Shown: piece by piece, positions 24,027 to 36,621 of the stretch | How the letters are laid out: every line of letters begins with the position of its first letter | Numbering within the stretch: the stretch's first letter is position 1 | Assembly: GCA_010093605.1 (NCBI GenBank) | Contig: MU004192.1 | Location: 1,248,882-1,312,881 of the forward strand | Length of the DNA: 64,000 bases | Origin: Lophium mytilinum | Lineage: Eukaryota | Direction of reading: 5' to 3' | Translations under genes and position numbers: made by a program | Notes under the pieces: model-generated | The model's database searches: none | What the model saw: the letters and a program-made list of their open reading frames with translations, nothing else | What the model was told of the DNA's origin: nothing

Positions 24027-26498
24027 TTAAACTTTATCACTCCTGGGTCTATCTTGCACATATTCTGATTCCTTTGGTCGATTGTTCTCAGCCTTCTTTC
24101 GCTGCCGTGCTCTTTTCTGTCTGAGTCGGGCTTGTTCCTTCTGCGCGGGCGTCTTCGATTTGATGTCGAGACTATCGTTACCACATGTTATCCGCTCGAC
24201 CAGCTCACCGCTTGGAACCTCATTCTCCTCTCTCGCAATCGGATCGGCTAGCATGTTCAATGAAGGCTGAGGCGGTAAACTCGGAACGCTCGGTATGCTT
24301 GAAAGGTTCGTATTCAAGGCTTGAGCAACTGCGTAAGCAGCAGAAACCATGCAGCCTAGAAGCACGGGCGGCCCGAGCCATGGTATTACCGCAGCGGGTT
24401 TGCCTGCTCATCCTAAGTCATTCTCCATTCCCAATGACCGGTATATACGCTATGAAAACGGAGCTTACGGTCGTAATCCTGCCACTTTGGGAACGCCGAG
24501 TCATACTCTTTTGTCCCTCGCCTCCCGATAGCGCCAATGAGCTTCTTCTCTGGAATTGCACTTGATTTAAGAGACGGTATATTCTCCGGTTCTTGCGCCA
24601 AGCGGTTAACGACATATTTGTACCCGTTTTGGTCCAGCGAGCATACGAACGAGGTTTTGTCTGCTAGCTTCTTGAGATTCCTGGTGCGGTATTCGTATTG
24701 CTTCTTCGAGAGGCCATGCAATACGTATGCCTTTGCTTCGTACCGCTGATTTGTAAAGCAGAGGTCCTTCGCACTGTAAACTTTGCCATGGTTCTCGCAT
24801 CGAAGAAGACCCTGAAGTCGGAATCTAGCGCCAATCACCGCCCCGATGAAGTATTCATGAGGTATTGCGAAGGTTGAAGGAAGGGCAGGTCTCGGCACTG
24901 ACGTGTAGAGAGTTTCATCGTCAGAAACCAAATCAGGTTCATCATGCTGCTCTTCACTGTGTTTGTACCCATTAGCAGACCACCTTACATATACTAGAAT
25001 GACCCAATACTCACCGATATTCCCACTGTTCATGAACATCCGCATCATCGACTAAGGTTTTCGCATCGCACCTCCGATGGACGTCGCTTTTCACCCTACG
25101 AAGTACCCAAGACACAGGTCTGAATCCCTTATCTCGTCTCTGGAAGGTAATTGGTGCCGCATTGATAGGAACCGTGACCATCTCTTTCTTCAAAAGAGGA
25201 CCATTCTTGGTCATGTACTGTCCTTTATTGCTTGCCTTGCTGAGTTTACAGCATCTCCATTCCTTACTCCGGCCTTGGGACTGCTTCCATATTGCACCCT
25301 TTGCTTTGCCCCATAACATGTAATTATCGTCACTGATATTGGAATCACTGACCGAAAGTAGTTCCGAGCGTTGATCGCATATAGTGTTGTATATTGCCGT
25401 CTTAGTTTCTCGAGGATGTCTTTCAAAAGGCAAGCGAGTAGTTCGACAATTCCGTCTCCGTTCTGGCGCAGCCTCGGGCTTCTCATATCTGGACAGCTTG
25501 AGAAACCTGGTGAGGGGATTCTGTACTTCTGGGTTGAGAAGTAGGAGAATCGCCCGTGGGCCAGGTCTCAGGCCCCAAGTTCCAGGTGTTAGGTCCCAAG
25601 TTCTGAGGTCCCAAGGTCTCAGGTCCCAAGTGAACTTTGCCTGGAAAATTTGTGCAAGAGATTTGGTACCCGCAGTCAGAGCATTTGCCTGTCTTTTTGC
25701 GCTATCTAGATTCGGTATGAAAGACAATTCAATGTCAAGTTCAACATCATGTCGTAGCTTATTACTGCCAATGATGTTGATAACGTCGAGAAGAATAGAA
25801 AGCTTGGTACCGAGGAGCGCTACTATCGAGATTATGCCTCTTTTGCAACTGACTTTGTGGCTTGATATCGACGCTGCGTCACCGGATGCCATCATAAGGT
25901 CTAAGATCTTATCTCCGAGATCTTCATTCATGTCCGGAATCAAGCCTCTGAGACGCTGGTTGCTAGCGAAACGTAATGCGTGCGCATCCGTTGTAATACC
26001 CTCTTCATCTCTCTTCGAGGGCGGTTCTCCAACCATCTTCTTCGAATAATCCTCGGCCTTGGACCACTCTCGTTCATCATCCTTAAGTAGCTCTCTTGAT
26101 CGGACCAAGTCCTTTCCCGCAAAGAACAATTTGTTGAGTGCTCCCAAAGACACAATTCGTTCTTCATCATCATCTTTCATACGCCATATATCACTAGCCG
26201 TCCTAGCTTCGCGACTCTCACTCGACGAAACCGGCGACCCCGACGGGTTCAGCGCCGCGGGGATACAATCGTCGCATTTGAAAGTCACAACGGACCCATC
26301 GCTATGGCGCCTCTGCACACATTGGCGGCAAGCTTTCGAAGTGACGTGCGAGACGGGCAACGAGTTTTGATGATTGCGACTAGTAAGAGCTCCCGATCTA
26401 TCAGCCTTGGACTTATCCCCCGGTCTTGTGTTAGATTTCGTAGAAGCCGGAACCGGGAGGAAGCTGTGCCCTCGTGGTGGATATTGGGTAAAGGACAT
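24027..26498 (-). CDS. Large orphan protein with an N-terminal CxxC/CxxC pair, a kinase N-lobe-like segment and a basic C-terminal helix
   Basis: A 495-aa ORF joins ORF 24413-25048 through a GTGAGT...CTAAT...CAG intron (WEYR|EEQH). A GTAAGC...TAG intron (~24467-24356) then joins ORF 24027-24365 (KTPAQKEQARLRQKRARQRKK). Confidence 0.65.
25561..25631. repeat. In-frame ~15-bp minisatellite (aggtcccaag core)
   Basis: About four to five copies, encoding WDLRP WDLRT WDLTPGT WGLRP on the minus strand. Confidence 0.8.
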
Positions 26499-28543
26499 TG
26501 GCTAACAGTGTATTTATGATAGGATAGCAACACGAGTCGGTGATGGAGTGATGGTCGTATGTCATTCTTCTGAAAGCCGCGAGGTTCCAGCAGCCCCCTT
26601 GCCGCCGTGGCCACGGCCACAATTGGGGTGCTGCATGGCATCCAATCGATTTCAGCCTTGTCCTCTTGGCTGGTAGACTCTGAGGCTGAGAGAATCCGAG
26701 TCATTACAGAGTTTTCATGTTCTCTATTGGGGAGAGAACTATGATTGGGGCTAATAATGTCCCCGACAAGCCCTCAAAACGCGGATATAGCATGCCACAG
26801 TAGGCGAAGCCTGTCGTGTCGCTGTTGAAATTCTTCTATCCCTCAGAACACCACAACAACGAACTGAAACTTCATGAAGAGTGGCTAGACTTCTAGAGCG
26901 AGGCCGTCTTCATTGATTTTGCAACTTTGCTTGATGGAATCGACCATCGTTTGATGGTTCTAGGGTTTTTCCTTTCGGCCCCCACCGACATCACGGACTT
27001 CGCTCACTGTGATGCTATTGGGTCTGGCGCGTAGTACGTGCCAGCTTTCATAGCTGGGTAGATTAGTGAGAAATGGAAATGTAAGTATAACTCGTAGACG
27101 AGAATCACTAAACTTAGACAATGAGAGGCAGCTATAAGAATGAAGACAAAATGTGAGGCTGAAAGATGTGGTAATGATGAGAACGAGGAAGCTGGCTATT
27201 CGGGTGGCAGGTTGAGACTGCTGAGTAAGCTGCTGGAGAAGAAGTGGCCCGAGTCCAAACAAACAAAACAGAACCGAAAGGGGCTAGAATACAACTCTTT
27301 AGTCTTCTCGTGTTTTAACACTACCAGCCCTGCTTTAACACAGCAACAATAATAACAACAACAGGAAAGGATGACTACAGTGGCAGAAGAACTCGAACCT
27401 CAACACTGCCTACACTCTGCAATCGGCGATCCCACCCAGGCTTGTCGAAATGTTGAGTCTCTCGAAACAGGCTGCCCCAATTAATACTTGAGCTAAGGAG
27501 AAACGGCAATACACAGTAGTAGCAGGATATAGCCCCGGGAGCGCCCCTACATTCCTTGGAAGGATTCCTACTACCACTACTAGACACCCACCACTAAGCC
27601 GATCCCCCAAGCCTTATTCAACGTCGCACCGACTTTCCTTTTAGCCAACCCGTTGACACAACGATTTCCGCAAAATGCGCTGCTTCTCCGGCGAAGGATT
27701 CTGTGGCACGATGAGTGCGTTCTCTCATCCACACTTTGGCCCTAGCCAAATACCCTAGTTCGGGGATCCCTGGAGCTGCGCATCCCTTCTGACCCCCTTT
27801 TGCTCTCCTGGGGATTCGAGCGATTGGAAAGGCTGCAGCGTCTCGCGATATGAAAGAGCTGGAATATGATGGGAAGAGCGAGTCTGTAAGGGCAGTGGAG
27901 CAGACTGCCTATCAAAGCTGATGGGCACGCGCCACAACGTTGTAGAACCAGGCACGAGCACGCTCTAACAGGCAGGTCGAATATTCCTGGCTCGCAACTC
28001 GTGAAAGAGAAGGGGTTGGGTGAACAAGATGCACTCGGACGATGACACCCCATGGACCCCAATCCCGGGATACAATCCCGCCATTCATTGCTACAGTTGC
28101 TAAAATGCTTATACTCCCATGGCACTGCTTGACAGCAACAGCTGCTGCGCGGCTATTGGTCGCCAGCCGGATTTATGCAGGCCGCGACCAGGCTCCCTGT
28201 ACGCTGGAACGAGCGGATAATCTGACTTGATGTCTGCAAGCCTCATTGGGAGCGCCGTCTCGCCATCATCGTTGCACGATTGGGTATGAGAGGGGTTGAG
28301 GCGCAAGGTTGCCTGGGAGGCTGACTGCAGGGCTTAGGAAAGAGGACATTGGCTTGCATATCTAGTAATTGGGACCGTGATCCTTCTTGTGATACTCCGA
28401 GACTTTGGAAGTTGGAGTGTGATGGTGCTATACTCTACACTGCTTACTCGCTATGGAGACTGAACTTGCCCTCGCTTTTGTGGATTCTACTTGGTTGATT
28501 TTAGCGCAGCTGTCAGAGCTAGAAGGCTACTGAAATGGAAATC

Positions 28544-31500
28544 ATGAGGTTGGCTCTTCTTGCGGGCTGGGCGGTGGTGCTGGTGAGGGCGGCGAGTGGT
28601 AAGAGATATCTCGTCCCGGTTCTTGAAGTTTTTGGGCACTGACGGCTTTGCAGGTTTGAGTCTGGCAGCGAATACCTCTACTCTTACCTTATCATCTGCG
28701 AATAGGGTAGCTGCATTTATACTGAATGGTATCGGAGAGACTTCGACAAGCTCGAGCGTATTGTCGACGGCCGTTTCTACAGAGTTGAGCACCTCCTTTT
28801 CGACTAGCAGCGATTCTCTCGATCTCTTCATCCGACAGTGCTGTCTCCAGTCCGTCGGCCACAGCTAGCTTAAGTCAACAGTCGTATGTAAACCCATGGG
28901 TGGGTAATTACAGTGGGACGGTTGCTCCTAGCGGAACAGGTCAGTAGTCCTCTATACAATGCTTCTTTTCAAGAGTTGCAGTCATTCTAACAAGAGTCTA
29001 GGAAGTCTCTACGCAGCGCAATGTCAGAATAAATGGTACAGGGTCAGCTCATACACCGACTACCTGACGACCGTAAACTCTACCAGTGTTTGGACCACAG
29101 AGACAATTCGATCCGTGACAGTGACCGAGGTCCATACATATTATACCACTTCTGAATACACCTTTGCGATGGCCACCCTCGATTTATCTCGTCGTCTCCG
29201 ACAGCAACATCTACGACTACACTTCCGCCCTCAACTACCACATGGTTTGCCCTCGTGATTGACCCTGCTACAACTCTCCAACCTAATTGCTCCATCAATT
29301 TCGATGACTGCGCGCCTCTATGGTCGACATATGACTCTGCGTCCAGCGTCTATGCCACACAATCATTTCCAGCCTCGACCACAGTCGTTTTTCTCGCTCC
29401 AGGCGCCTCTTTCGTTGTTGTAGCTGGGACGACGACCTCATTCCCTTCTCCCGTCACAGCACAACCCACAATCACAATAGGAACCGAGAAACTCGAAATG
29501 TACGGCGTTGGGACATCTTGGACTTGGTTGATCAAGACTACTCCGCCGCCCGGAGGGTTTATGGGGGAGGCCTTGTGCTAATTCCTGGTGGAGTGGCTAC
29601 GATTACCAATAGTGTTAGGTATGTTCTTTGGCTTCCTAGGCGCAAGTGCTTCGGCTTCCTAAGCCATTGTTAATTTATGGGACTGATGTAATTATAGCAC
29701 GGTAATAGCCCCATATAAGCCTCATTGCAACACCGATGCTCCGACTTGCACTCCTGGCGCAGCTTGCACGATTGACGGAGGGGATGTCCGCCTGTTTTAC
29801 TTTCCGCCACAGACAAATGTGTCCAGAGACATGTGCGCCACTGCCCCAGTTGGTCGCGGAATCCCGGGAAATCAGCCCTTTAATACTAGTAAGCTATTGC
29901 TGGCTGCTCCCTTCGGTTTATGTGATAATCAACTCCAATGCTGACTCTCCAGCTTGGACTCCAATAACGACAGGCCCCTACACAGTTCTACCAGGCAATA
30001 CAACCTGGTACTCTGGAAACGTATACGTCTCGCTACAAACCATCGGGGCTTATTGCAGATGGTCCAGCCAGTACCTACCAGTTGGCCAGACTGGAAAAGA
30101 AGGCAAAATCTTGACCATGGCGCCCTCAGATGTTTTCAGTCTACGCGCTACTCCTTACTCTCAGTCTGGTGGACAGTCCGGCATTGACTTCGGAGGGACG
30201 CAGTGGCCGTTCAACTACGCTGACCTCCAGGATCCGGTTCCGTGGTCTGCATGGGATGGTTTTTATACCTGTGTTTTTAGCAGATGTTCGGAGATTTCAG
30301 GATCGTACAATCCTATACTTGCGGTTCCTGCGGCGGTGAGGAGTTTGGACCCACGGTGGGCATCGTGTGATCTGGCTCTGGAAGGGCTTTGTAAGTTCCT
30401 TATCCCCATAATTGCACAACTCGCAAGTGCATAAAGAGACTTATTACCTCCTTAGATGACCCTCCATGGGCAGTAACCCCTGTCGGCAACTTCTTCCCTT
30501 CCACAACCGCAAAAGACCCTGGGTCCCCTTCAGCAACCCCTAGCCCTGGCCCACCCCAATCCTTCAATATCCCCACGAACACACCTCCCAAACCACCCTC
30601 CTCACTTAGCGGTATCGTCCTCCCCTCATCAATCGAGCCAGGCAACAGCGGTAACCCAAGTGATCCAGGCGATCCAGGCACACCATCCAATACTCCTAAT
30701 CCAGGCATACCCAAACCGCAGTCCTCTGCCGCAGCCGGCATCCCACCCGTCACCACTTCTGACCCCTCAGATCCAGGGAAAAACAACAACCCACCCCCCT
30801 CAGTCCCCACAACCCTCACCACCATCGGCGGTCAACCCATCGTCCCCAACCCTAACACCCCCGGCATCCTCACCATCGGCGGCACCACCACCCTCGCCCC
30901 CGGCGACCCAAGCACCGTAATATCCGGCACCACCCTCTCCCTCCCAGACCCCACCCACCTCATCATCGGCAGCACCACCCTGACCCTCCCCTCTCCCACC
31001 TCTCCCCCCCTCACAATCGGCGCCCTCCCCCTCCTCACCAACCCCCAAAACCCCGGCATTATCACCATCGGCGACACAACCCTCTCCGTCAACGGCCCAG
31101 GCGCCGTAACCAGCGGCACGAGCAACACCCTCCTCGACCCTAGCCACATCCTCCTCAGCAGCCCCACCGGCATCTCCGCCCTCTCGCTCCCGGGGGCTAC
31201 GCCCTCCGGCGCCGTCTTCACAGCTCCCAAGAACGCCGTCCTCACCGCCACTTATCTCGGCTCCAGCGTCGTCGTTGCGGGAATCACCCTCTCCGTCGGC
31301 GGTCCCGCACTCACGCTGCCGGGTGGGTTGGTCGTCTCGGACGCGCCTAGCGGGCTTGTGGTCGCGGGGTCGACGATCGGATTTAGCGCGTTGCCTGAAC
31401 CGAGTAGTGTAGAGGGAGCGGTGGTGACGCTGGGCGGGCAGGTGTACACTGTTATGGAGCTGGCGGGGGGGAGTGTGGTGGTTGCAGGGACGACGCTGTG

Positions 31501-31718
31501 GGTGGGTGGGCCGGCGGCGACGGTCGGGGGGATGGTCGTGAGTGAGGCGGGGACGGGATTGGTGGTTGGAGGGGTGACGGTGCCGTTTGAGACGGTGGGA
31601 GGGCCGAGTAAGACTGGAGCGGCGCAGTTTACGGGGAGAGCAGGGAGGAGAGGGGCGAAGATGTGGGGGATAGGAGTGAGTAGTGGGGTTGATTGGTGTG
31701 GGTTTGTGGGTATGGTGA
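28544..31718 (+). pseudogene. Secreted/GPI-anchored Thr/Ser/Pro-rich cell-surface protein gene with four apparent frameshifts (pseudogene or assembly indels)
   Basis: Signal peptide MRLALLAGWAVVLVRAA and five canonical introns. Motifs LCDGHPR, CTIDGGDVRLFYFP, FNYADL, LAVP..VRSLDPRWASC and YDPP, then TIGG/VVAG repeats. Frame changes are needed near 28818, 29162, 29570 and 31678. Confidence 0.7.
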
Positions 31719-32225
31719 TGTGGAAGGGTACCGGAGATAAATTGTGTAGACGATCTGGGCGTCTTAACGGGGTGGCTGAACTGAATGAAAGTGATAGATT
31801 GAAAAAGGAAACATGCAACAAAATCGGGGTTCATAAGAACGCTAAATAGTGGTAAAGTATGCAAAAAAGTGACATGTATGTACCTAATCAGGCTTGTTAA
31901 TTTCTTACGTATCCTACTTCCAGTCCAGTGTCCAACGAAAAAAGGGGTGTCTCATGCACCCTCGGTAAACATAAACCCCATTTCGTCCATTTTAATTTAG
32001 CCATCCCCAGAATGGAACCGTGACCTCCGCTAAGCGGCCGTTCGAAGTTCATAAAGACACATCGTACGGTCATCCCTATCGTCATATCCTTCATCCACCC
32101 GCTAACAAGGGGCCATACATCGACCCGTAAATCTCGCATCGCAGAAATCTGCACAAGCTCAGCCTCTGCAGCCCAGTGAAAGCAAAAGCACAACTCCGTA
32201 GCGAAGCAGGAAGCAGTCCAGCCAC

Positions 32226-33454
32226 CTAACCCTGCTGCCTCTTCCTCTTTCCGACCTGTGCCGAGAAACCGGTCTTGATAGCCTGGACAGATCGCCTGGA
32301 ACCGCAGGTATTGCAGGTAACGAACAGCAGACGGTTCTCAGCCTTGTTCAGCTCGGTATCCGGAGACCGGCATGTCTTGCACGTGACATACTCCACGATG
32401 TAATGACGCAGCACACTCTCGATCTGCTTCTGCTGGAAACGGCCCTTGATAACTAGACGCCTGCTGCCGTCCACACTGCCGCTAGTTCCCAACTCAGCGA
32501 ACAGGAACTGGGTAACGTGCTCGTCGGTCCGCTTCATGCGCTTGCAGATCTCGGCGATGTTGGCAAAGATGGTCTTCTTGTTGCCTTCACGAAGGCACTG
32601 CGGTGGGGGGATTTTGTATGATTTTGTGCCGGTGCTGGCGAGGTCCGGGTGCTGGGCGTGGAGGAGGGTGAAGAAGCGGTTGAGGAGGAGATTGTATTTG
32701 ATCGGGGCGTTGCTGTCGTGGGCCCAGATGCCCGTGCCCTTCATCATGTCGCCGGCTTCGACGGGCGCGGCTTCTTCCTCCTCCTCTTCGGGCTTCTCGC
32801 CTTCGGCGCCGGCGGCTTGGGCGAGCTTGGCTTCGAAGTCGTCGGTGTCGGCCTACTAGGTTGTTAGATTTGACTCATCTCTGTTGTGGTATGGGAATCT
32901 ACCTTCGGTGTCTTCTTCTTCTTCTTTTTCTTCAGCGCAGAGGGATCGAACTCCGCATCCGCTGCCGGAGCTTCCCCGTCGTCCTCCTTCGTCTTGCTGC
33001 TCTTCTTCTTTTTCTTCTTCGCTAAGTCCTTGAACATATCGGTAACCTCGTCAACAGCATCTATAGTCCCGTCAGCCGACATCCTACCACCTGCGAACAA
33101 AGCAAAAGCATCAAGCTGACCCGAGGGCTCGCCGAGCGTACTGTGTGTGTTCAACTTACCCGCTGAGTGTGATTCTGCCGAGGCTTTGTCGCCGTTCACG
33201 TCTGCGCTCTGTTCCGTGACGTTGCCGTCGTTGTCGACGATTGTGGCGCCATCGCTGAAGGCAACGGACTTGCGGGGCTTGCGCTCGATTGGGGATTCGG
33301 CCTGGGAAATACTGTCAGCTCAAGATACATGGGATATGGGAGAGGTGAAGCAGCATGAGATTTCGGGGTGTGGCGCTCGATTGTTGGAGCCCGCCACAGA
33401 GGGGGATTTTGAACGTGGGGCAGATACTGAAATTCGACGTACAACATCGGCCAT
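32226..33454 (-). CDS. SUI3: Translation initiation factor eIF2 beta subunit
   Basis: Poly-Lys boxes, [23 protein letters not shown] and the Zn finger CKTC...CNTC. Three introns. Starts MADV|AESP. Confidence 0.96.
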
Positions 33455-33810
33455 GATTGCGGTTTGCTCGGTTTGCGCCTCCTGTGGCTTCGTCTCTGCA
33501 GTTCACGTGTCGGACGAGTGTGTGTTGTTCTTTGATAGAGGGCGTTGGTGGTGGAGGAAAAGAGGTTGAGTTGGTGGACTACGGGCTTTGAGATGAGTCG
33601 TCGATGCCAAGATTTCCCACGATCACGTGCCTTCAACTCGAGAACGCCACATCGCCATCCACGACGCACCTACCACCTCTCAGCATCGCTCAACCTCCCC
33701 CCATCCCATCGCCAGCGCCGCAGGCCTCAGGTCTCCCATATTCGTCTGCATGGCCTGAACGGTCGTTACTACGCGACCCAGTCTCCTACCTCGAAACCCA
33801 CCCCGCCGCA

Positions 33811-34249
33811 ATGTCTATGACGAATTCGGCCTCCTTCATCGAGCACGAAGACGATGATGCCGACGAGATCGACTCTCTGCCTTCCTCCACTACCGACTCG
33901 ATAGATGACGACGAGGAGATCTCGGATGCGGAGCGCGAGTGGCGGGAGAGCTTGCAGCAGCTCGAGTTGCTGTTGACGATGGTGTTGGTGCCGTATATCG
34001 GGAAGTACTTTGGGAGGAAGTGCGCATATTGGGGTGAGTTGGATACCATGCCGCGCACGCCAAGAATGATGGATATGAAGTGTCATCCATTTCAAAAGGC
34101 TGGAAAATGTCACAAATGAACGGCTACTAATACAATTGCTCGTAGGTTGGGCAAAGTTCATGGAATGGAAATACCCCGTCGAGATCGTCGTGACGAGCCC
34201 AAAGTTGTTCAAAGGAACCGGAGCGATCGAGGCGGCAGCGTCGTTGTGA
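33811..34249 (+). CDS. MIM2: Mitochondrial import protein 2
   Basis: Acidic N-terminus, then DAEREWRESLQQLELLLTMVLVPYIGKYFGRKCAYWG|WAKFMEW. Intron 34034-34145. Confidence 0.88.
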
Positions 34250-36621
34250 GGGTCACGCTTGTCAACTTGTGTATACGGCATCTGGCCCCTCAAAATAGAC
34301 TTGGAGGCTTGGGAGGCGGGCATGCTATTGGCGTTCAGGATTACATTGCGAGGATGAGACTTATCAACACCTACGGAAGCTATCCAATGTCTTTCTAGCA
34401 TCCTCAACGGAGAATTATTATATACTCGAGTATGAAGCCCGTTCGAGACAAGATTAGATCTTGCATTCATGGTGCCTACTTGCATTCACTTTCTAAAAGT
34501 CCCATAGGAATCATCCTAAACATCTAGTGTGATACCATTATATATCACGATACGACTCGTACCTTATACGCAAACGCCTAGCCATTCAACACCTTGAGCA
34601 TGTTACATCCTACCTATGTCGTCAGAGGCAGTGCCCTCTAAACTATGTTGATAGCCTGTAGGTAAAGTTATGTTCTAGCCTGCGTCAATTTCGTCTCCTG
34701 TTTGCTCCACACTGATCCCGCTGCGCGAGGTTCTCTAAACTGAGCGACTTGAATGGACAGACAACGCGGTTGTGATTCCCGAGTTACTTTTCTCTTCGGA
34801 ACTTCTTTCCACGTTGACCACACTGCTTGAGGTGGTCCATAAGGTTTGAGTTGAATGGAATCAATATAACGCTGTTGGCTGTATATTGCGCGTCGCTCTT
34901 TCTGAGATGATCTCTACGCGAAGCTAACACGTGAGTTTCTTCAAAAGAGTGTCCAGAATTAGCACACGATGTCAACTTCTTAAGTGTGCAGATCGTGAGT
35001 CGCGTTCCCTAGGACCCCCTTTACAAAGCGATGGCGTTGTTTGATGTGGCCCCATAAGGTCAAATCAAGTGGCAGTGAATGTAACAGTTGAGACAGCGCA
35101 GATAACGAGCCAGCGATTTGCAGCAGTGTGCCTTGTTGAGAGCGATACTAGGCGTGGCCCCGGGGGACGAAGATCGAAAAGCAGTGAATTTTAGACTGTG
35201 AATTGAAACCGAACTCTTTAGGGGTCATTCTCTATGCTAAACCCGGTGTCTAGAGGGCCTCCACATGTTCACCTCAAGCAGCCTGAAGGTACACGGATGC
35301 AGGTTGCAAATCGCGGGTGGGATCTTAGATGCTATTTTCTAGGCTGAACGCAAAGTGTGAGGTGGCCCTGTGAGCGATTAGACCGTGGGCGAATATTGTG
35401 ACCCGGCGTCTGTATAACGAACTATATGTCTTTGCAAAGGTGGTAATAATGTTTGAGTTGGCTCCGTAGGTTCTTTCAGAGTTCCAATTGCTGTAGATGT
35501 TTCGAGCCTAGGAATCGCAGCGCCAGTCCTCAGGGGTTTACTTGTTCGCGAATTTTGGCTTCCATGTAATGCGTGAAGCTGACGATTTAGATGGGGCTTT
35601 GAAGGTCTTCTGAATGGTATAGGCTCAGCTAGAATAAGAAACGCTCGACTCGTGACAGAAGAGCGTGACCGAATTCAACACGTGTTTCGAACCACGAGTA
35701 CGGCATGACTTAACTCGAACGCCTTACTGGCCGTTTCGAAACAGAAAAGCGCCACGATTTGTGATGTAAAGGACTTCTACTCGCTCTCGTGAGGTTGTCC
35801 ACAATGTCGAAGCTTCGTCTGTGACTTGATGGCTCACTGACGCTCAACAACGTCCACAGAGCTCTCTTGCGAGCCAGAAAGCGCGACCGGGCGGCCCATA
35901 CTTCTAGGTAGAAGCGCTTAGACAGAGAATAGAAACATCGTCGAGAACAAATCGTCGGCTTCAGTTGTCGCAAGTCGTTAGATGGCTCGTCGCCCTTGCT
36001 CGGGCAAGGCAGCAAGGCGTCACGATTCAGGCTAGAGGTCCAGCCAGGCCAGCCTCCCGCATTTCGCGACACCCAACCACCAACCACCCGCTTTATCGGC
36101 TGCGTTTCAGACGCGCCCGACGCCCCCTGCCCTGAGCTGTTCGCTGGCCGGACCAGGACGATCGAAGCTCAGCGACCACTCGTTGCACACCGCGGAGGAG
36201 GGGCATGGCCTGCAGCGACAGTGAACTCTCCCCGTCTTCTCGCATGTCGTCCGACTCGAGCGCAGCGCACTCAGCGATTCCCTTCTTCAGTCATCGTCTG
36301 TTCCTAGATCTGCTGCCACTTGAATCAGGCACCGGAACCGTATATGTCTTGTAGGGCTGCTGCGTCACAAGGGGCTTCCATGTGCAGCGCGCGCATCATT
36401 CACTGAGTTGGAGAACGAAGCCTTGCACTACGCGACCGCGACCGCATCTGCGACCCCCAGCCACCTAGAATCGCCTTCGCAATACTAGCAATCTCTCCTT
36501 CCATCCATTTTCACTGTCCCATACCGCGAGTTCCCGAAGCGCATTACTACAACAGCACTACACGCACGAGGAGATACACACTTCACCACAGATGGTCTCC
36601 GCCTACAGCACCCACCGCGAC

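Noticed and set aside
24413..24415. In-frame TAG as a possible A-to-I-edited stop
   Set aside because: It falls inside a predicted GTAAGC...TAG intron that restores the frame, and another stop follows shortly in the same frame.
27670..28310. Short Cys-containing ORFs
   Set aside because: No consistent exon structure could be built on either strand.
30400..31864. Long minus-strand ORFs (141-354 aa)
   Set aside because: Antisense shadows of the codon-biased cell-surface gene on the + strand.
33455..33810. 356-bp divergent spacer between eIF2-beta and MIM2
   Set aside because: An ordinary compact bidirectional housekeeping promoter.
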